Positions 39,285-49,574 of a stretch of 64,000 nt of DNA are shown here, in pieces. The first letter of the stretch is position 1. The number at the start of each line of letters is the position of its first letter. The notes under the pieces were generated by a model. The model saw nothing but the letters and a program-made list of their open reading frames with translations, was not told the DNA's origin and ran no database searches. The translations under genes and the position numbers were made by a program. Source of the stretch: Candidatus Kapaibacterium sp. (GTDB lineage: Bacteria > Bacteroidota > Ignavibacteria > Kapaibacteriales > Kapaibacteriaceae); the NCBI GenBank assembly GCA_018882585.1, contig VFFB01000005.1, positions 948 to 64,947 of the forward strand, read 5' to 3'.

Positions 39285-41002
39285 TGACAAGCACCATGCC
39301 GCGATTCGCCCTTGCTATCCTGCTTCTTGGCATCGTCATCCATCATGGTGCTGCCCAACAGATCCGTCACGCCGAGATGCTGGGGCGTCCAACGGATACG
39401 TCGATCAACGTGAGCTTCATGCTCGACGGTCCGTCAGAGGCACGTATCAACTATGGCACGGACAGTACTGCGCTGACACAGCAAACGCCATGGACTCCGG
39501 TACTCGCGAACATGATGCACGACATCGTCATCACCGACCTACAACCCAACACGGAGTACTACTACCGGCTGCAGCTGCGAACCGAGACCACGGCACGACC
39601 GTTGTATCGCTTTCACACGCAGCGTCCCAAGGGAGAGCCGTTCACGTTTGTCATCCAGGCAGACCCGCACATGGACGAACAGAGCGACACCGGCATGTAT
39701 CAGCGCGCGTTGCTGAACCAGCTTGAAGATCGTCCGGACTTCATGCTCGACCTAGGCGACATCATCATGTCCGATAAGCTCAAGGGTGCCAACGGCAAGG
39801 TCGGTCGTGATACGATCACCACGCGCGCGCGCTTCATGCGATCGCTCTATGAATCTGCATGTCACTCCGTGCCCCTTTTCATAGCCCTTGGCAACCATGA
39901 GGGTGAATCCGGATGGGCGTTGAATGCGACGGCAGAAAACGTCCCAACATGGTCGGCTATCGATAGGACGACATTCTTCCGCAACCCCACACCCGATGCG
40001 TTTTATCAAGGCGACACGTCGACATATGCAAACATTGGCAAGCGCGACAGCTACTATGCCTTTGAGTGGGGTGACGCACTGTTTATTGTTCTGGATCCGT
40101 ACTGGTACACCAAGCCGAAGCCCGATTCGCTCACAGGATGGCGCTGGACGCTAGGTCGCACACAGTACGAGTGGTTACGATCCACGCTCAAGAACTCCAC
40201 GGCAACGTATAAGTTCGTCTTCGCACATCAGCTCGTTGGTGGTGATCCAGACGGTCGAGGGGGCATTGAGTTTGCCGACCGCTATGAGTGGGGCGGAAAG
40301 AACCTTGATGGCACTGATGGATTTGCCACGAATAGACCGGGCTGGTACAAGCCGCTGAAAGACATCTTCCGCGAGCATCGTGTGAATGTCTTCTTTCACG
40401 GACACGACCACTTCTATGCACAGCAGATCAAGGACTGTCTGATCTATCAGGAAACGCCGCAGCCGAGTCATCCCAGCATCTCCAATGCAAACTCTGCCGA
40501 TGATTATGGCTACAAGAGTGGCACCATACTGCCGAACTCCGGTCACCTACGCGTCAACGTGTCGTCCGATGGCGTCAAGGTGGAATACGTTCGCACGTAC
40601 GTACCACGTCAGGAGACCGGCTCACGGAAGAACAAGGACGTGTCGGCAACCTACTTCATCGGCAAGGTGAACTGCTATGACTCGCTTGTTGCTTCCGTTC
40701 CCATCTTGTACAACGCGGCGTACATCGACGAGCATGTTGCTCCGAATCCATTCCGCGAGACAACGAGAATCGCTTTTGAAACGAAGGGTGGCGGGCGTCA
40801 TACGGTATTGATCAGAGACATTGCCGGACGTGTGGTACGCCGATTGCTCGACAACGCAAATGTCGATGCCGGCTCATACCAACTCGTGTGGGACGGCCTA
40901 GGCCATGATGGCCAGCCAGTTCCTGCAGGTGCCTACGTGTACGAGATCATCGAGCCGTCGACGGGAAGTCATACCGGCATGGTCGTGCGCGAAGGCAGGT
41001 AG
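39284..41002 (+). CDS. Second, paralogous secreted metallophosphoesterase with FN3 and FlgD/T9SS-type CTD
   Basis: ADPH, LGD, GNHEGE, FAHQ, GHDH; APNPF..IRDIAGRVVR..WDG..G..VPAGAY. The start could also be 39296. Confidence 0.88.
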   Translation: MTSTMPRFALAILLLGIVIHHGAAQQIRHAEMLGRPTDTSINVSFMLDGPSEARINYGTDSTALTQQTPWTPVLANMMHDIVITDLQPNTEYYYRLQLRTETTARPLYRFHTQRPKGEPFTFVIQADPHMDEQSDTGMYQRALLNQLEDRPDFMLDLGDIIMSDKLKGANGKVGRDTITTRARFMRSLYESACHSVPLFIALGNHEGESGWALNATAENVPTWSAIDRTTFFRNPTPDAFYQGDTSTYANIGKRDSYYAFEWGDALFIVLDPYWYTKPKPDSLTGWRWTLGRTQYEWLRSTLKNSTATYKFVFAHQLVGGDPDGRGGIEFADRYEWGGKNLDGTDGFATNRPGWYKPLKDIFREHRVNVFFHGHDHFYAQQIKDCLIYQETPQPSHPSISNANSADDYGYKSGTILPNSGHLRVNVSSDGVKVEYVRTYVPRQETGSRKNKDVSATYFIGKVNCYDSLVASVPILYNAAYIDEHVAPNPFRETTRIAFETKGGGRHTVLIRDIAGRVVRRLLDNANVDAGSYQLVWDGLGHDGQPVPAGAYVYEIIEPSTGSHTGMVVREGR

Positions 41003-41350
41003 ACAAGGACAGCCACGCGAGGCGACGCAACGTAGACGCCCGTGACCGTCATGCGATCCATCGTGGTCGCCCGTCATCGTCATGAGATCCACATTTGTCG
41101 CAAAACGTTGGTCGTAGTCAGACCCTATTGGGGTAATAATGTTCCACCTGTGTATGATCAACGACATCGACGACATGTGTGAATAGCGTGGGCATTGGTT
41201 ATACTCAACCATTGCACTATTACGTGGAAATACCTACGTCATCCATAACGGTATTGCGTATGTTCACGGAAGAAATATGCCGACGCTACTGTTGGAATGT
41301 GGCAATAGCCCACGGCAATGGGTGTGGGTGTGGGCATTCATGGAGTTTCC

Positions 41351-42823
41351 ATGCGATCGTTTATTCTAGGGGCTCTTCTATGCACGGCTGCGTTTTCCGT
41401 GCGCTCCCAAGTGCCGATTGACCTTTCGAAGGCGCGTGAGTTCAAGGTGATATGGAAAAAGAATGTCGGTGGTAGTGACGTTGGACCGCCAATCTATGTC
41501 GAGAGTCCCTGTAAAGCAGATGGAAGGAGCATACTTTTTGCCGGCAGCTCCACTGGCGGTTTCTCATGCTACACGCAGCCACGGATCGATACCACCCAAC
41601 CAGTCACTGGCTGGAGCAGCGTGTACATTCCGTTCGATTACGATGGCAAGGAACCACTCGAATACGTCAACGATAACGGCCGCGTTGACGGATGCCATGC
41701 GATAGGATTTCCATTTCAACTGCAGAGAGGACTTGATACGATCGCGTGTTGGCGTAACACGATGAACGTTGCGCTCACAGCCGATATCGATGATGATGGT
41801 TACAAGGATCTGATCTGCGATATCGGCGGTGGTGGATATACCGCACGCGTGATCCGCGGAGGACCGAATGCAGGACGCGGCTGCCAGCGGTTGCTCCAAG
41901 TACCCAAAGTGATGAATCGGGACCAGTCGAATACGACAGAGGCCTTCTGGCGATCGGCCTCCGGAATGTGGCGACTTCTACAGTACGAAAAGGACTCCAT
42001 GGCACTGTCACCATGGTTAGTACTCTACGAGATGCGCACGACAAAAACGCCGGAAGGCACGAGTTTTTCTTTTGTGAAGACCGACTCGTTGTATGGCAAC
42101 GGTATACATATCGGCGATATGCCCATTGGCGACGCGGCTGTGGTGACCGACACGGCTACTGACACAGACTGGCTGCTGGTCATGCGTCGTCTCAATGACG
42201 GTCCTCGCACGTGGGTGCTGGATCGTTTCGATGCAACTGCCGGACGCTTCACGCCAACCGGCGAGCGTGTGACGGGAACAGATTTCTTTGAACCATGGAT
42301 CGTCGGCCACGCACTCGGCACGAAGAAACCTGCAGTGGCGTTTCACGTCCCGAAGATCGGTCGTGTTTTCTGCTACGCGGACGACCTAACCCATCCCTTT
42401 GCACGTTGGTCACCGCAAGGTGCTCTTGAGCCACCGGTGAGCGGCATGATCGCGATCAATGATCAGTCTGGGGATGGATTACCGGACTTAGTCGCTGCAG
42501 GTGGCGTGATAAACTGTGGTATTGCCATCTACACCCTGGACTCAACATTAACGACTGCAACTGCCGATACTCTAGTAGGATCAACGAGTACGGTACGGCT
42601 GGAGGGATCCACGCTTGTCGCTACAACACCAACCAGAAGCACGTTCTCTGTTCGTATGGTTACCATCGATGGACAATCCTACGATGTTATAGCTCGACAT
42701 GTGATACAGCCAGGCGAGCAACGTATTGATCTTACAGCACAACTACAGGCCCTGCCCATAGGCGTATACCTTTTGCACGTGCAAGTGGGCGAGGATGCGC
42801 ACGTTTTACGCTACTTGCGATAA
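41351..42823 (+). CDS. Secreted protein with FG-GAP-like calcium-binding motifs and a T9SS-like C-terminus
   Basis: Signal peptide, DYDGKEP, ADIDDDGYKDL, NDQSGDGLPDL, LPIGVYLLHV. Confidence 0.7.
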   Translation: MRSFILGALLCTAAFSVRSQVPIDLSKAREFKVIWKKNVGGSDVGPPIYVESPCKADGRSILFAGSSTGGFSCYTQPRIDTTQPVTGWSSVYIPFDYDGKEPLEYVNDNGRVDGCHAIGFPFQLQRGLDTIACWRNTMNVALTADIDDDGYKDLICDIGGGGYTARVIRGGPNAGRGCQRLLQVPKVMNRDQSNTTEAFWRSASGMWRLLQYEKDSMALSPWLVLYEMRTTKTPEGTSFSFVKTDSLYGNGIHIGDMPIGDAAVVTDTATDTDWLLVMRRLNDGPRTWVLDRFDATAGRFTPTGERVTGTDFFEPWIVGHALGTKKPAVAFHVPKIGRVFCYADDLTHPFARWSPQGALEPPVSGMIAINDQSGDGLPDLVAAGGVINCGIAIYTLDSTLTTATADTLVGSTSTVRLEGSTLVATTPTRSTFSVRMVTIDGQSYDVIARHVIQPGEQRIDLTAQLQALPIGVYLLHVQVGEDAHVLRYLR

Positions 42824-42833
42824 GGGGGGCAGC

Positions 42834-43449
42834 ATGAAAACCATATCGCTCTTGCATAACGTGGTCGCCCTCGTCGTGACCATCCTTGTCGGCTCTTATG
42901 TTGCGACTGCTCAGAACACGTTTACGCCCGAGCCCATTCAGACCTACCATTCCGGCTTCTGGGGCACGGATGTGTTCGCCGATACAGTGCCGGTCTTTGC
43001 CTTAGGACATCAGTGGGGTGCAGCCCGTCTTGATAAGGTCAACACAGCGTTGAAGATGAACGTAACGAGTCAGAACTGGGGTTGCCTGAACTCCTTCGCT
43101 CACCAGATGTATCAGCTTGGCGATGGACATCATGACACGAACTATGTCGTATGGGCATCACCGCTGTGGCATACTCCGGGGCCATACGGTTCCGGCGGAT
43201 GGACTGCTCGTTACGCCGAATCCATCAGCGGGTGATGTTACGATCATCCTGCCGCCTGGACGTCGCGACCAAGCCCTGCTGTGGGTGTATGACGCCGTCG
43301 GTAAGCTCGTCAAGCATGTCGATGTTCCGGCATCACAGCGAACAGTCGATGTACACGGTCTCGATGCTGGATCCTACATCGTCCGGCTTCGCAATACACA
43401 TACCCGCGGCCAAGCAGACCTTGTACAACACTTCGTGGTAGTGCCGTGA
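42834..43449 (+). pseudogene. Internally deleted T9SS cargo gene (N-terminal fragment plus out-of-frame CTD)
   Basis: MKTISLL... signal peptide plus ~100 aa in one frame. Around 43200 it switches to another frame reading GLLVTPNPSAGDVTI...VYDAVGKLV...GSYIVRL (T9SS CTD). Confidence 0.7.
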
Positions 43450-43492
43450 TGGCAGTTCGCATCTTTCGAATCACTGTTCGAGATGGGGGGCC

Positions 43493-44656
43493 TCACCACA
43501 CAAACCGCTCCAGCGCTAGGTTGGCCTTTTGGAAGGCTTCGTCGACGTTGTGTCCGGTCGATGTAAGGTGACCCATCTTTCGTCCCGTGCGACATTCTTT
43601 CTTCCCGTACAGGTGCAACGACACGCCCGGCACCTTGAGCATTTCGATCACGCTGTCGGGTATACCACTGCCCCCTCGCTCACCTAGCAGATTGATCATG
43701 CATGCTGCAGGTACGCGCATGTCGGGCGATCCGAGCGGTAGGTTTAACACGGCACGGACGTGGTTTTCGAATTGCGAGGTGTGACACGCCTCGATGGTGT
43801 AGTGTCCGCTATTATGTGGCCGTGGCGCGATTTCGTTGAACAGGATCTCGTCGTCAAGCGTCAGGAACATCTCAACACCAAACACTCCCACGCCATTGAT
43901 GGCCTCGACACAGGCAACGGCAATCTCCTGGGCACGAAGTCGTAAAGGGGCTTCGATGGGCGCTGGGGCAAGCACTGTTACACAGATGTGTCCTTGTTGA
44001 ATGGTCTGCACGCATTCGTACACGGCGACTTCGCCACGGCGATTGCGGGCGACCATGACGGAGAGTTCCTTGGTGAAGGTGACGAAGGATTCGGCCATGA
44101 GCGGACGCGTGTCCTCGCCTTCCATAAAGCGACGCCACACCATGTCGATCTCGGTATCACGCTTGATCGTTGCGTTGCCGTAGCCGTCATAGCCATACTT
44201 GCGTGTTTTAGCAACGAACGGATATCCATGTTCGGCGCCAAAGTCGTACAGATCCTGCTTTGACGAAATGGCAGCGAATCGTGCCATGGGTATGCCGGCG
44301 GCCGAGAACGTCTCTTTCTGCGTGAACTTGTCCTGGACTAACCGCATGGTGTCGGGCGCCGGAAAGACCAGCCGACGTTCAGCGATCGCATCAAGGATAT
44401 CGGGATCGATAAACTCGTTTTCTAACGTCACAACGTCGCTTGCCGTAATGAATGCGTCAAGATCGGCGGCATCCTTCCAGCCGTTAGGGAAGTCGAGCTT
44501 CGTCATGACGCCTGCGGGCGACCCTTCGCCATGTTCGATCACGGCAACACGAAGCCCCATCTTGAAGGCCTCCTGCGCCGTCATCTTGGCAAGCTGTCCT
44601 CCGCCAAGGAGTCCAAGGGTAAACGGTTCGGTTGGACGATAGATGGAAGGCAGCAT
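43493..44656 (-). CDS. purK: N5-carboxyaminoimidazole ribonucleotide synthase
   Basis: LGGGQLAKM, GYDGYG, NEIAPRPHNSGH, HLYGK..RTGRKMGH. Confidence 0.96.
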   Translation of the reverse strand: MLPSIYRPTEPFTLGLLGGGQLAKMTAQEAFKMGLRVAVIEHGEGSPAGVMTKLDFPNGWKDAADLDAFITASDVVTLENEFIDPDILDAIAERRLVFPAPDTMRLVQDKFTQKETFSAAGIPMARFAAISSKQDLYDFGAEHGYPFVAKTRKYGYDGYGNATIKRDTEIDMVWRRFMEGEDTRPLMAESFVTFTKELSVMVARNRRGEVAVYECVQTIQQGHICVTVLAPAPIEAPLRLRAQEIAVACVEAINGVGVFGVEMFLTLDDEILFNEIAPRPHNSGHYTIEACHTSQFENHVRAVLNLPLGSPDMRVPAACMINLLGERGGSGIPDSVIEMLKVPGVSLHLYGKKECRTGRKMGHLTSTGHNVDEAFQKANLALERFVW

Positions 44657-44665
44657 GGAGGTTGT

Positions 44666-45049
44666 TCAGGATTGTGCTTCGATAACGACGACGGCCAGGG
44701 CAACATCGGCCGTGTGACTCAGCGAGACGTGGACGATGTACTGACCCCAGCGTTCGAGCATCAACGTGCGAAGTTCCATCACGGGCTTACCTGATGGTTC
44801 GTTGCGGATGCCAACGCTGTTCAGCGCAAAGCCATCGCGCAGCCCCGTTCCAATGGCTTTCGAGAATGCCTCTTTTGCGGCAAACCGTGCCGCGTAGTGC
44901 AGGAACTTCGTATCTCCAAAACGCTCGCAGTAGTCGACTTCGGTTTGCGTGAAGACGCGCTTCAGGAAACGCTCGCCGTACTCCTCGTAGGCGCGCTTGA
45001 TGCGTGCTACGTCGGTGATGTCTGTTCCAATACCGATGATCGCGCTCAT
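44666..45049 (-). CDS. acpS: Holo-ACP synthase
   Basis: GIGTDI, AARFAAKEAFSKAIGTG, HVSLSH. Confidence 0.96.
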   Translation of the reverse strand: MSAIIGIGTDITDVARIKRAYEEYGERFLKRVFTQTEVDYCERFGDTKFLHYAARFAAKEAFSKAIGTGLRDGFALNSVGIRNEPSGKPVMELRTLMLERWGQYIVHVSLSHTADVALAVVVIEAQS

Positions 45050-45765
45050 GCTGCTGTCAGTTCCGAAATGAGTTCCGGAAGGATAACGCCGCTTGGCCCG
45101 CGCAGATGCGCGTGTGCATACGGCGTCAGCTCGGTGCTATCGGGATTTACCTCGATCACGAAGGCTCCGTGGTCCTTGGCAAGATACGGCAAGCCCGCTG
45201 CGGGATATACCTGTGCGCTGGTGCCGATGCTGAACATCACGTCGGCACGACGTGTCGCCTCCTCGGCCTGCACCCACACGTCATGCGGCAGGTCTTCGCC
45301 GAACCACACAACGTTGGGGCGCATCGGCCCAAAGCATGTCTTGCATTGCAGCTCGGCCTGATGCGCATCGTCGATCCAGCCGCAGTCGTTGCAGCGGTTC
45401 TCAACAAGATTACCATGCACTTCGAGCACGTTCATTGAACCTGCGCGCTGGTGCAGGCGGTCAACATTCTGCGTCACCAGCGTGAACGACGGAACCAACC
45501 GCTCGAGCGCTGCCAGTGCGTGGTGACCGGCATTGGGCTCGACCGAATCCACCACGTGCAGACGGTGGGCATACCAGTCGCGGACGCGCTCGGGGTTGGC
45601 CAGGAAGCCCGTCATGCTGGCAAGTTCCTCGGGACGAAACTTCGCCCACAGTCCATCGGGATCGCGGAAGGTTGCTACGCCGCTTTCCGCGCTCACGCCG
45701 GCACCTGTCAGTACCACCACATGGTCGGCACAACGCAGGCGCTCGATGACGTTCGCCGGAATCAT
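45046..45765 (-). CDS. cobB: NAD-dependent protein deacylase (sirtuin)
   Basis: [24 protein letters not shown], CxxC..Cxx[20 protein letters not shown]. Confidence 0.95.
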   Translation of the reverse strand: MIPANVIERLRCADHVVVLTGAGVSAESGVATFRDPDGLWAKFRPEELASMTGFLANPERVRDWYAHRLHVVDSVEPNAGHHALAALERLVPSFTLVTQNVDRLHQRAGSMNVLEVHGNLVENRCNDCGWIDDAHQAELQCKTCFGPMRPNVVWFGEDLPHDVWVQAEEATRRADVMFSIGTSAQVYPAAGLPYLAKDHGAFVIEVNPDSTELTPYAHAHLRGPSGVILPELISELTAA

Positions 45766-46869
45766 GCGTTCAGCTGATCCTCGAGCAGCAGATAGGCCTT
45801 GATAAGTTCGTCCAGGTCGCCATCCATCACGCGGTGCACATCGTTGATCTTCGTTTCTGTCCGATGGTCATTCACCATGGTGTACGGCTGGAAGACATAC
45901 GAGCGGATCTGTGAGCCCCACTCGATCTTCTTCTTGGTGCCTTCGATGGCTGCCTTGGCAGCCTCTTCCTCTTCGCGGCGCTTCTGGTACAGGCGGCTCT
46001 TGAGCATCTTCATGGCGCGCTCGCGGTTCATCAGCTGCGAGCGTTCCTGTTGGCAAGCCACAACGATACCAGAAGGAATGTGGCGCAGACGCACGGCCGT
46101 TTCGACCTTGTTTACGTTCTGTCCACCCTTGCCCCCTGACCTGAACGTATCCATCTCGACGTCGGCGGGATTGACTTCGATCTCGACGTCGTCTTCGACT
46201 TCGGGATAGACAAAGACCGATGCGAATGACGTGTGGCGGCGGGCATTGGAATCGTATGGGCTGATGCGGACCAGTCGGTGGACGCCGTTTTCGGCCTTCA
46301 GATAGCCATAGGCGTACTTGCCTTTGATCTCGAGCGTGCCCGACTTGATGCCCGCGGTATCGCCTTCCTGCTCGTCGGCAAGGAAGACCTGAAAGCCTTT
46401 CTTCTCGGCCCAGCGCGTGTACATGCGCAGCAGCATCTCGGCCCAATCCTGGGCTTCGGTACCGCCGGCGCCGGCATTGATGGTCAGAATGGCATTACGG
46501 TCGTCGTCGGTACCTGACAGAATCTTGCGCAGTTCGAGTTCATCGACGGCGGTCTGACATCGCACCAGCTCGGCCACGATCTCGGCTTCCATCGATTCGT
46601 CTTCGGCTTCGTCGGCCAGTTCTATCAGCGCCTGAACGTCATCGACGGCAGTGGTGGCGGATTCCCAGGTTCCCACCCAGTCCTTGCGGGTGGCGATCTC
46701 CTGCATCACGGCCTGCGCCTTGGTCTGGTCGTCCCAGAAGTTGGGCGCCTGCGACATCATTTCGCGTTCGGCTATCTCGTCGCGCTTGCGATCGATGTCA
46801 AAGGAACCTCCGCAATTGGTCCACGCGCTCGCGGAGTTCCTGGGTCTGTGCTTTTTGTGGGTCGAACAT
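45762..46869 (-). CDS. prfB: Peptide chain release factor 2 with programmed +1 frameshift
   Basis: ATG at 46869 reads [23 protein letters not shown], then CTT TGA C (46797-46803) with an internal GGAGG (46807-46811). The +1 frame carries [13 protein letters not shown] and [12 protein letters not shown]. Confidence 0.96.
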
Positions 46870-46988
46870 AGACTGCAAAGATACGGCTCATGGCCGGTCA
46901 AATGTTGTACGTAGCCATTCAGCGATATGCACAACGCACTTTGCGCAACGCACTTTGCGCAATGCGTGTTGCGCCCCCCGCCCCACCC

Positions 46989-49451
46989 CTACAACAGCGG
47001 ACTGCTTATGGAGACGCTCCAGCCGAAGGTTCCAGCGGGTCTTGCGATGGGGCCAACGGGCCAGCGCATGTCAACACGCAGGAAGAACAGATCGCTGATA
47101 AAGCTTGGGATGCGCGCAAGAGCAAAGCCGGCCTCGGTGTACCAGCCGTCGGTCGAGCGGAAGGCCGTTGCCAAGGGAATGCCTCGTTGTACGTACGATG
47201 CAGCCGCACCGGTAGCCAGCAGGTCGAGTCCACGTCCGTTATACGTGGGCAGCCCAATGGCGCGCCACCACAGGTCCGAAAAGTTGTGCTCGGCATGCAC
47301 CCTCAGAAACTCCGTGCCCCCTAACCTGTTGATGGGAATCGTCATCATGTCGGTTGCCATGCCGAACACTGGATATCGGCGCATGGCAGAATACTGATAC
47401 TGTCGTGGCGTGTTGGCGGATGTCCAGCCAGCGTTCAGGGCAAGGTCAAGACGCATGGGACTGTAGCCTACGTCGAAGGTATTGAGCCGTAGAGCAAGGT
47501 TTGCCGATACCGACCGGAAGGCATTCGAGTTCGGAACCTGTTCGCCGTAGCCTACCGTAACCGATCCGTTGATCGTACGTCCCCCGCCAAGCAGCGATGC
47601 AAGCGGGTTCTCCTCACCGGTGCCAATACTGGCAAACAACGTTCGGTAGGCTCCGTCATTCGGCACCACCTGCTCCCTGTTCAAGGTCTCGATAAGGGGC
47701 ATGGTGAAATGCCTCGAAGACTCGGCAAGCAGGGCCAGGGAGAATTCGCCCAGAGATGCCTTGACGCCGACATCGAAGCCATCGCGACGATAGAAGTCGG
47801 CATAGTCGGCATAGAGCAGGTTCGACAAATTCAGGTTGCTGAACCGCTGCAGGATATCGCGACTTGCCTGGATGGAATAGATGTCGCTGAAGACACGCGC
47901 TGCGGCGTCAACAGAGGCTTTGCGCCCGCCGACGATCGGCACGCGCACGTCGACGGAACCGGCGCGAGTGCCTTGCTCACCAAAGGATGCTGCGCCCAGA
48001 ACGCGAACTGGCTTGGAGTTTACCTCGAGCTGAGCGCCGTACATAACGCCTGTGACACCGGTGCGGTTGATCAGTGGATTGATGCCGAGATTGACCGGAC
48101 CGAGCGACATGCTGAACAGGCCGATGGCAGATCGGCGTGCTGCACTGTCTGAACGAGAGGTCTTCTTGGTCGTGTCTGCTGCGATGCTGTCCTGTTTACG
48201 ATACGTCTCACGCTCCTGTTCGCTGAGTTCGGCAAAGGCATGCTTGTCCCAGTATTCAGACTTTGCAGAGTCCGCGTCGGGCATCACGGTGACGTTGGAA
48301 CGCAGACTTGCCGATGCAGTGACGGCACCTCCACCGGCCTCGACACTGACTGCTCCGCCACTAGTATCTGCAGGCTTTGTTTGTCGTTTGAATATCGAGT
48401 CATCAATGGGCTGATTGGCCTTGGCATCCTGAAGCCACGACGTTGCGGCAGCACCTACTTCGAGGTCTGCAAGCCCGGCAATGATCTTCAGTCGGAGTTT
48501 GCCGGAAAGCTCCTGATACGCCGGCACCCAGATACTGTCGGCAACTTGTTCGTACCGCGTCTTGATACGAAAGCCCTTAATGAAGGGAATCGCTGTTTCC
48601 TGCGTGGGCGCGAAGTCGGATTCGACAAGCTGATATGAGCCATCAACGATCGTCATCGTGCCTTCGAAACCCGGGAACAGACGGGACTTCGGTGCAAATG
48701 ACAGTTCGTAGGCCAGATACGTTCCGAGTTGACGTTTGTTCACGATGGTGAAGTTGTAGTCGTCCAGTGCGGCAGGACTCAGTGGTGACGTCAGCTTTAC
48801 ATTGAGCAGCTCGAAGTTGTCCTGCGATACATCAAACTCTTCGTCGAACACGGCAAGGTTTGACGCCGCCGAAATGTTCTTTGTCTGCCGACGCTGCAGG
48901 ATGATCGTCTGCTTCTTTCCCGGGGCCGGCTGACGCTGCTCATACACGCGTGAGAACGTCTCCGTGATCACGCCGGCATCATCTTCCTTGTCGGCGAGCA
49001 AGCCCTTGTTCTTGGCATCGACGCGTAGTTTACTATACAGGTTGCGTTCCAGCGTGGTGATGCGTTTTGCATTCACGTCACGTCGAGCCGTTGCACGGCG
49101 CACCACCTCTTGGGCCGAGATATCACCCAGAACCTTCACAATGCGTGCATCGACGGCCGACACTGGCAAGGCGATACGTAGCGTCGTCGACGCTGGATCT
49201 ATGGATTGCCGCACCTCGCCATAGCCGATGCTTCGCACCTCGAGGACATGCGGCCCCGGCGGCAGCGGCAGCCGGAACGTACCGCGACTTCCAGCATACG
49301 TTCCCATGCTCGTACCGGCCACGCGTATCGACGCACCGCTGATACCCGCTCCGGTGGCCGAATCAACGATCGTACCCGTGTACATGACACGTCCGTCATT
49401 CTGTGCCGGCAGCGCCGTCACAACAAGCAACAAGGCAAGGATGATGTGCAT
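46989..49451 (-). CDS. Outer-membrane protein with carboxypeptidase-regulatory-like N-terminal domain and DUF5686-like barrel
   Basis: Signal peptide, GTIVDSATG..I.GASI.V.GT..GT, SIGY, SPLS..ALDDYNF, YWD....LS..E, and a C-terminal beta-barrel. Confidence 0.8.
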   Translation of the reverse strand: MHIILALLLVVTALPAQNDGRVMYTGTIVDSATGAGISGASIRVAGTSMGTYAGSRGTFRLPLPPGPHVLEVRSIGYGEVRQSIDPASTTLRIALPVSAVDARIVKVLGDISAQEVVRRATARRDVNAKRITTLERNLYSKLRVDAKNKGLLADKEDDAGVITETFSRVYEQRQPAPGKKQTIILQRRQTKNISAASNLAVFDEEFDVSQDNFELLNVKLTSPLSPAALDDYNFTIVNKRQLGTYLAYELSFAPKSRLFPGFEGTMTIVDGSYQLVESDFAPTQETAIPFIKGFRIKTRYEQVADSIWVPAYQELSGKLRLKIIAGLADLEVGAAATSWLQDAKANQPIDDSIFKRQTKPADTSGGAVSVEAGGGAVTASASLRSNVTVMPDADSAKSEYWDKHAFAELSEQERETYRKQDSIAADTTKKTSRSDSAARRSAIGLFSMSLGPVNLGINPLINRTGVTGVMYGAQLEVNSKPVRVLGAASFGEQGTRAGSVDVRVPIVGGRKASVDAAARVFSDIYSIQASRDILQRFSNLNLSNLLYADYADFYRRDGFDVGVKASLGEFSLALLAESSRHFTMPLIETLNREQVVPNDGAYRTLFASIGTGEENPLASLLGGGRTINGSVTVGYGEQVPNSNAFRSVSANLALRLNTFDVGYSPMRLDLALNAGWTSANTPRQYQYSAMRRYPVFGMATDMMTIPINRLGGTEFLRVHAEHNFSDLWWRAIGLPTYNGRGLDLLATGAAASYVQRGIPLATAFRSTDGWYTEAGFALARIPSFISDLFFLRVDMRWPVGPIARPAGTFGWSVSISSPLL

Positions 49452-49510
49452 ACAGGGGGCAAGGTACGAACCTGCGCGAGGAGAGTTGCACGCACGTGCC
49501 GGGCGGGTAT

Positions 49511-49574
49511 GTAGGGGCGCGGCATGCCGCGCCCCATACGTGTTAACCAAGGGCGCGGCATGCCGCGCCCCTAC
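49511..49574. repeat. Inverted REP-A doublet (REPIN-like)
   Basis: GTAGGGGCGCGGCATGCCGCGCCC (49511-49534), a 16-nt spacer, and its reverse complement (49551-49574). Confidence 0.9.

Noticed and set aside
45046-45765. Sirtuin as a defence NADase (Thoeris/DSR-like)
   Set aside because: Canonical Zn-binding CobB deacylase inside the prfB-acpS-purK gene run.
46934-46965. 14-bp tandem duplication CAACGCACTTTGCG between prfB and the upstream gene
   Set aside because: Only two copies and no other instance seen; probably simple slippage.
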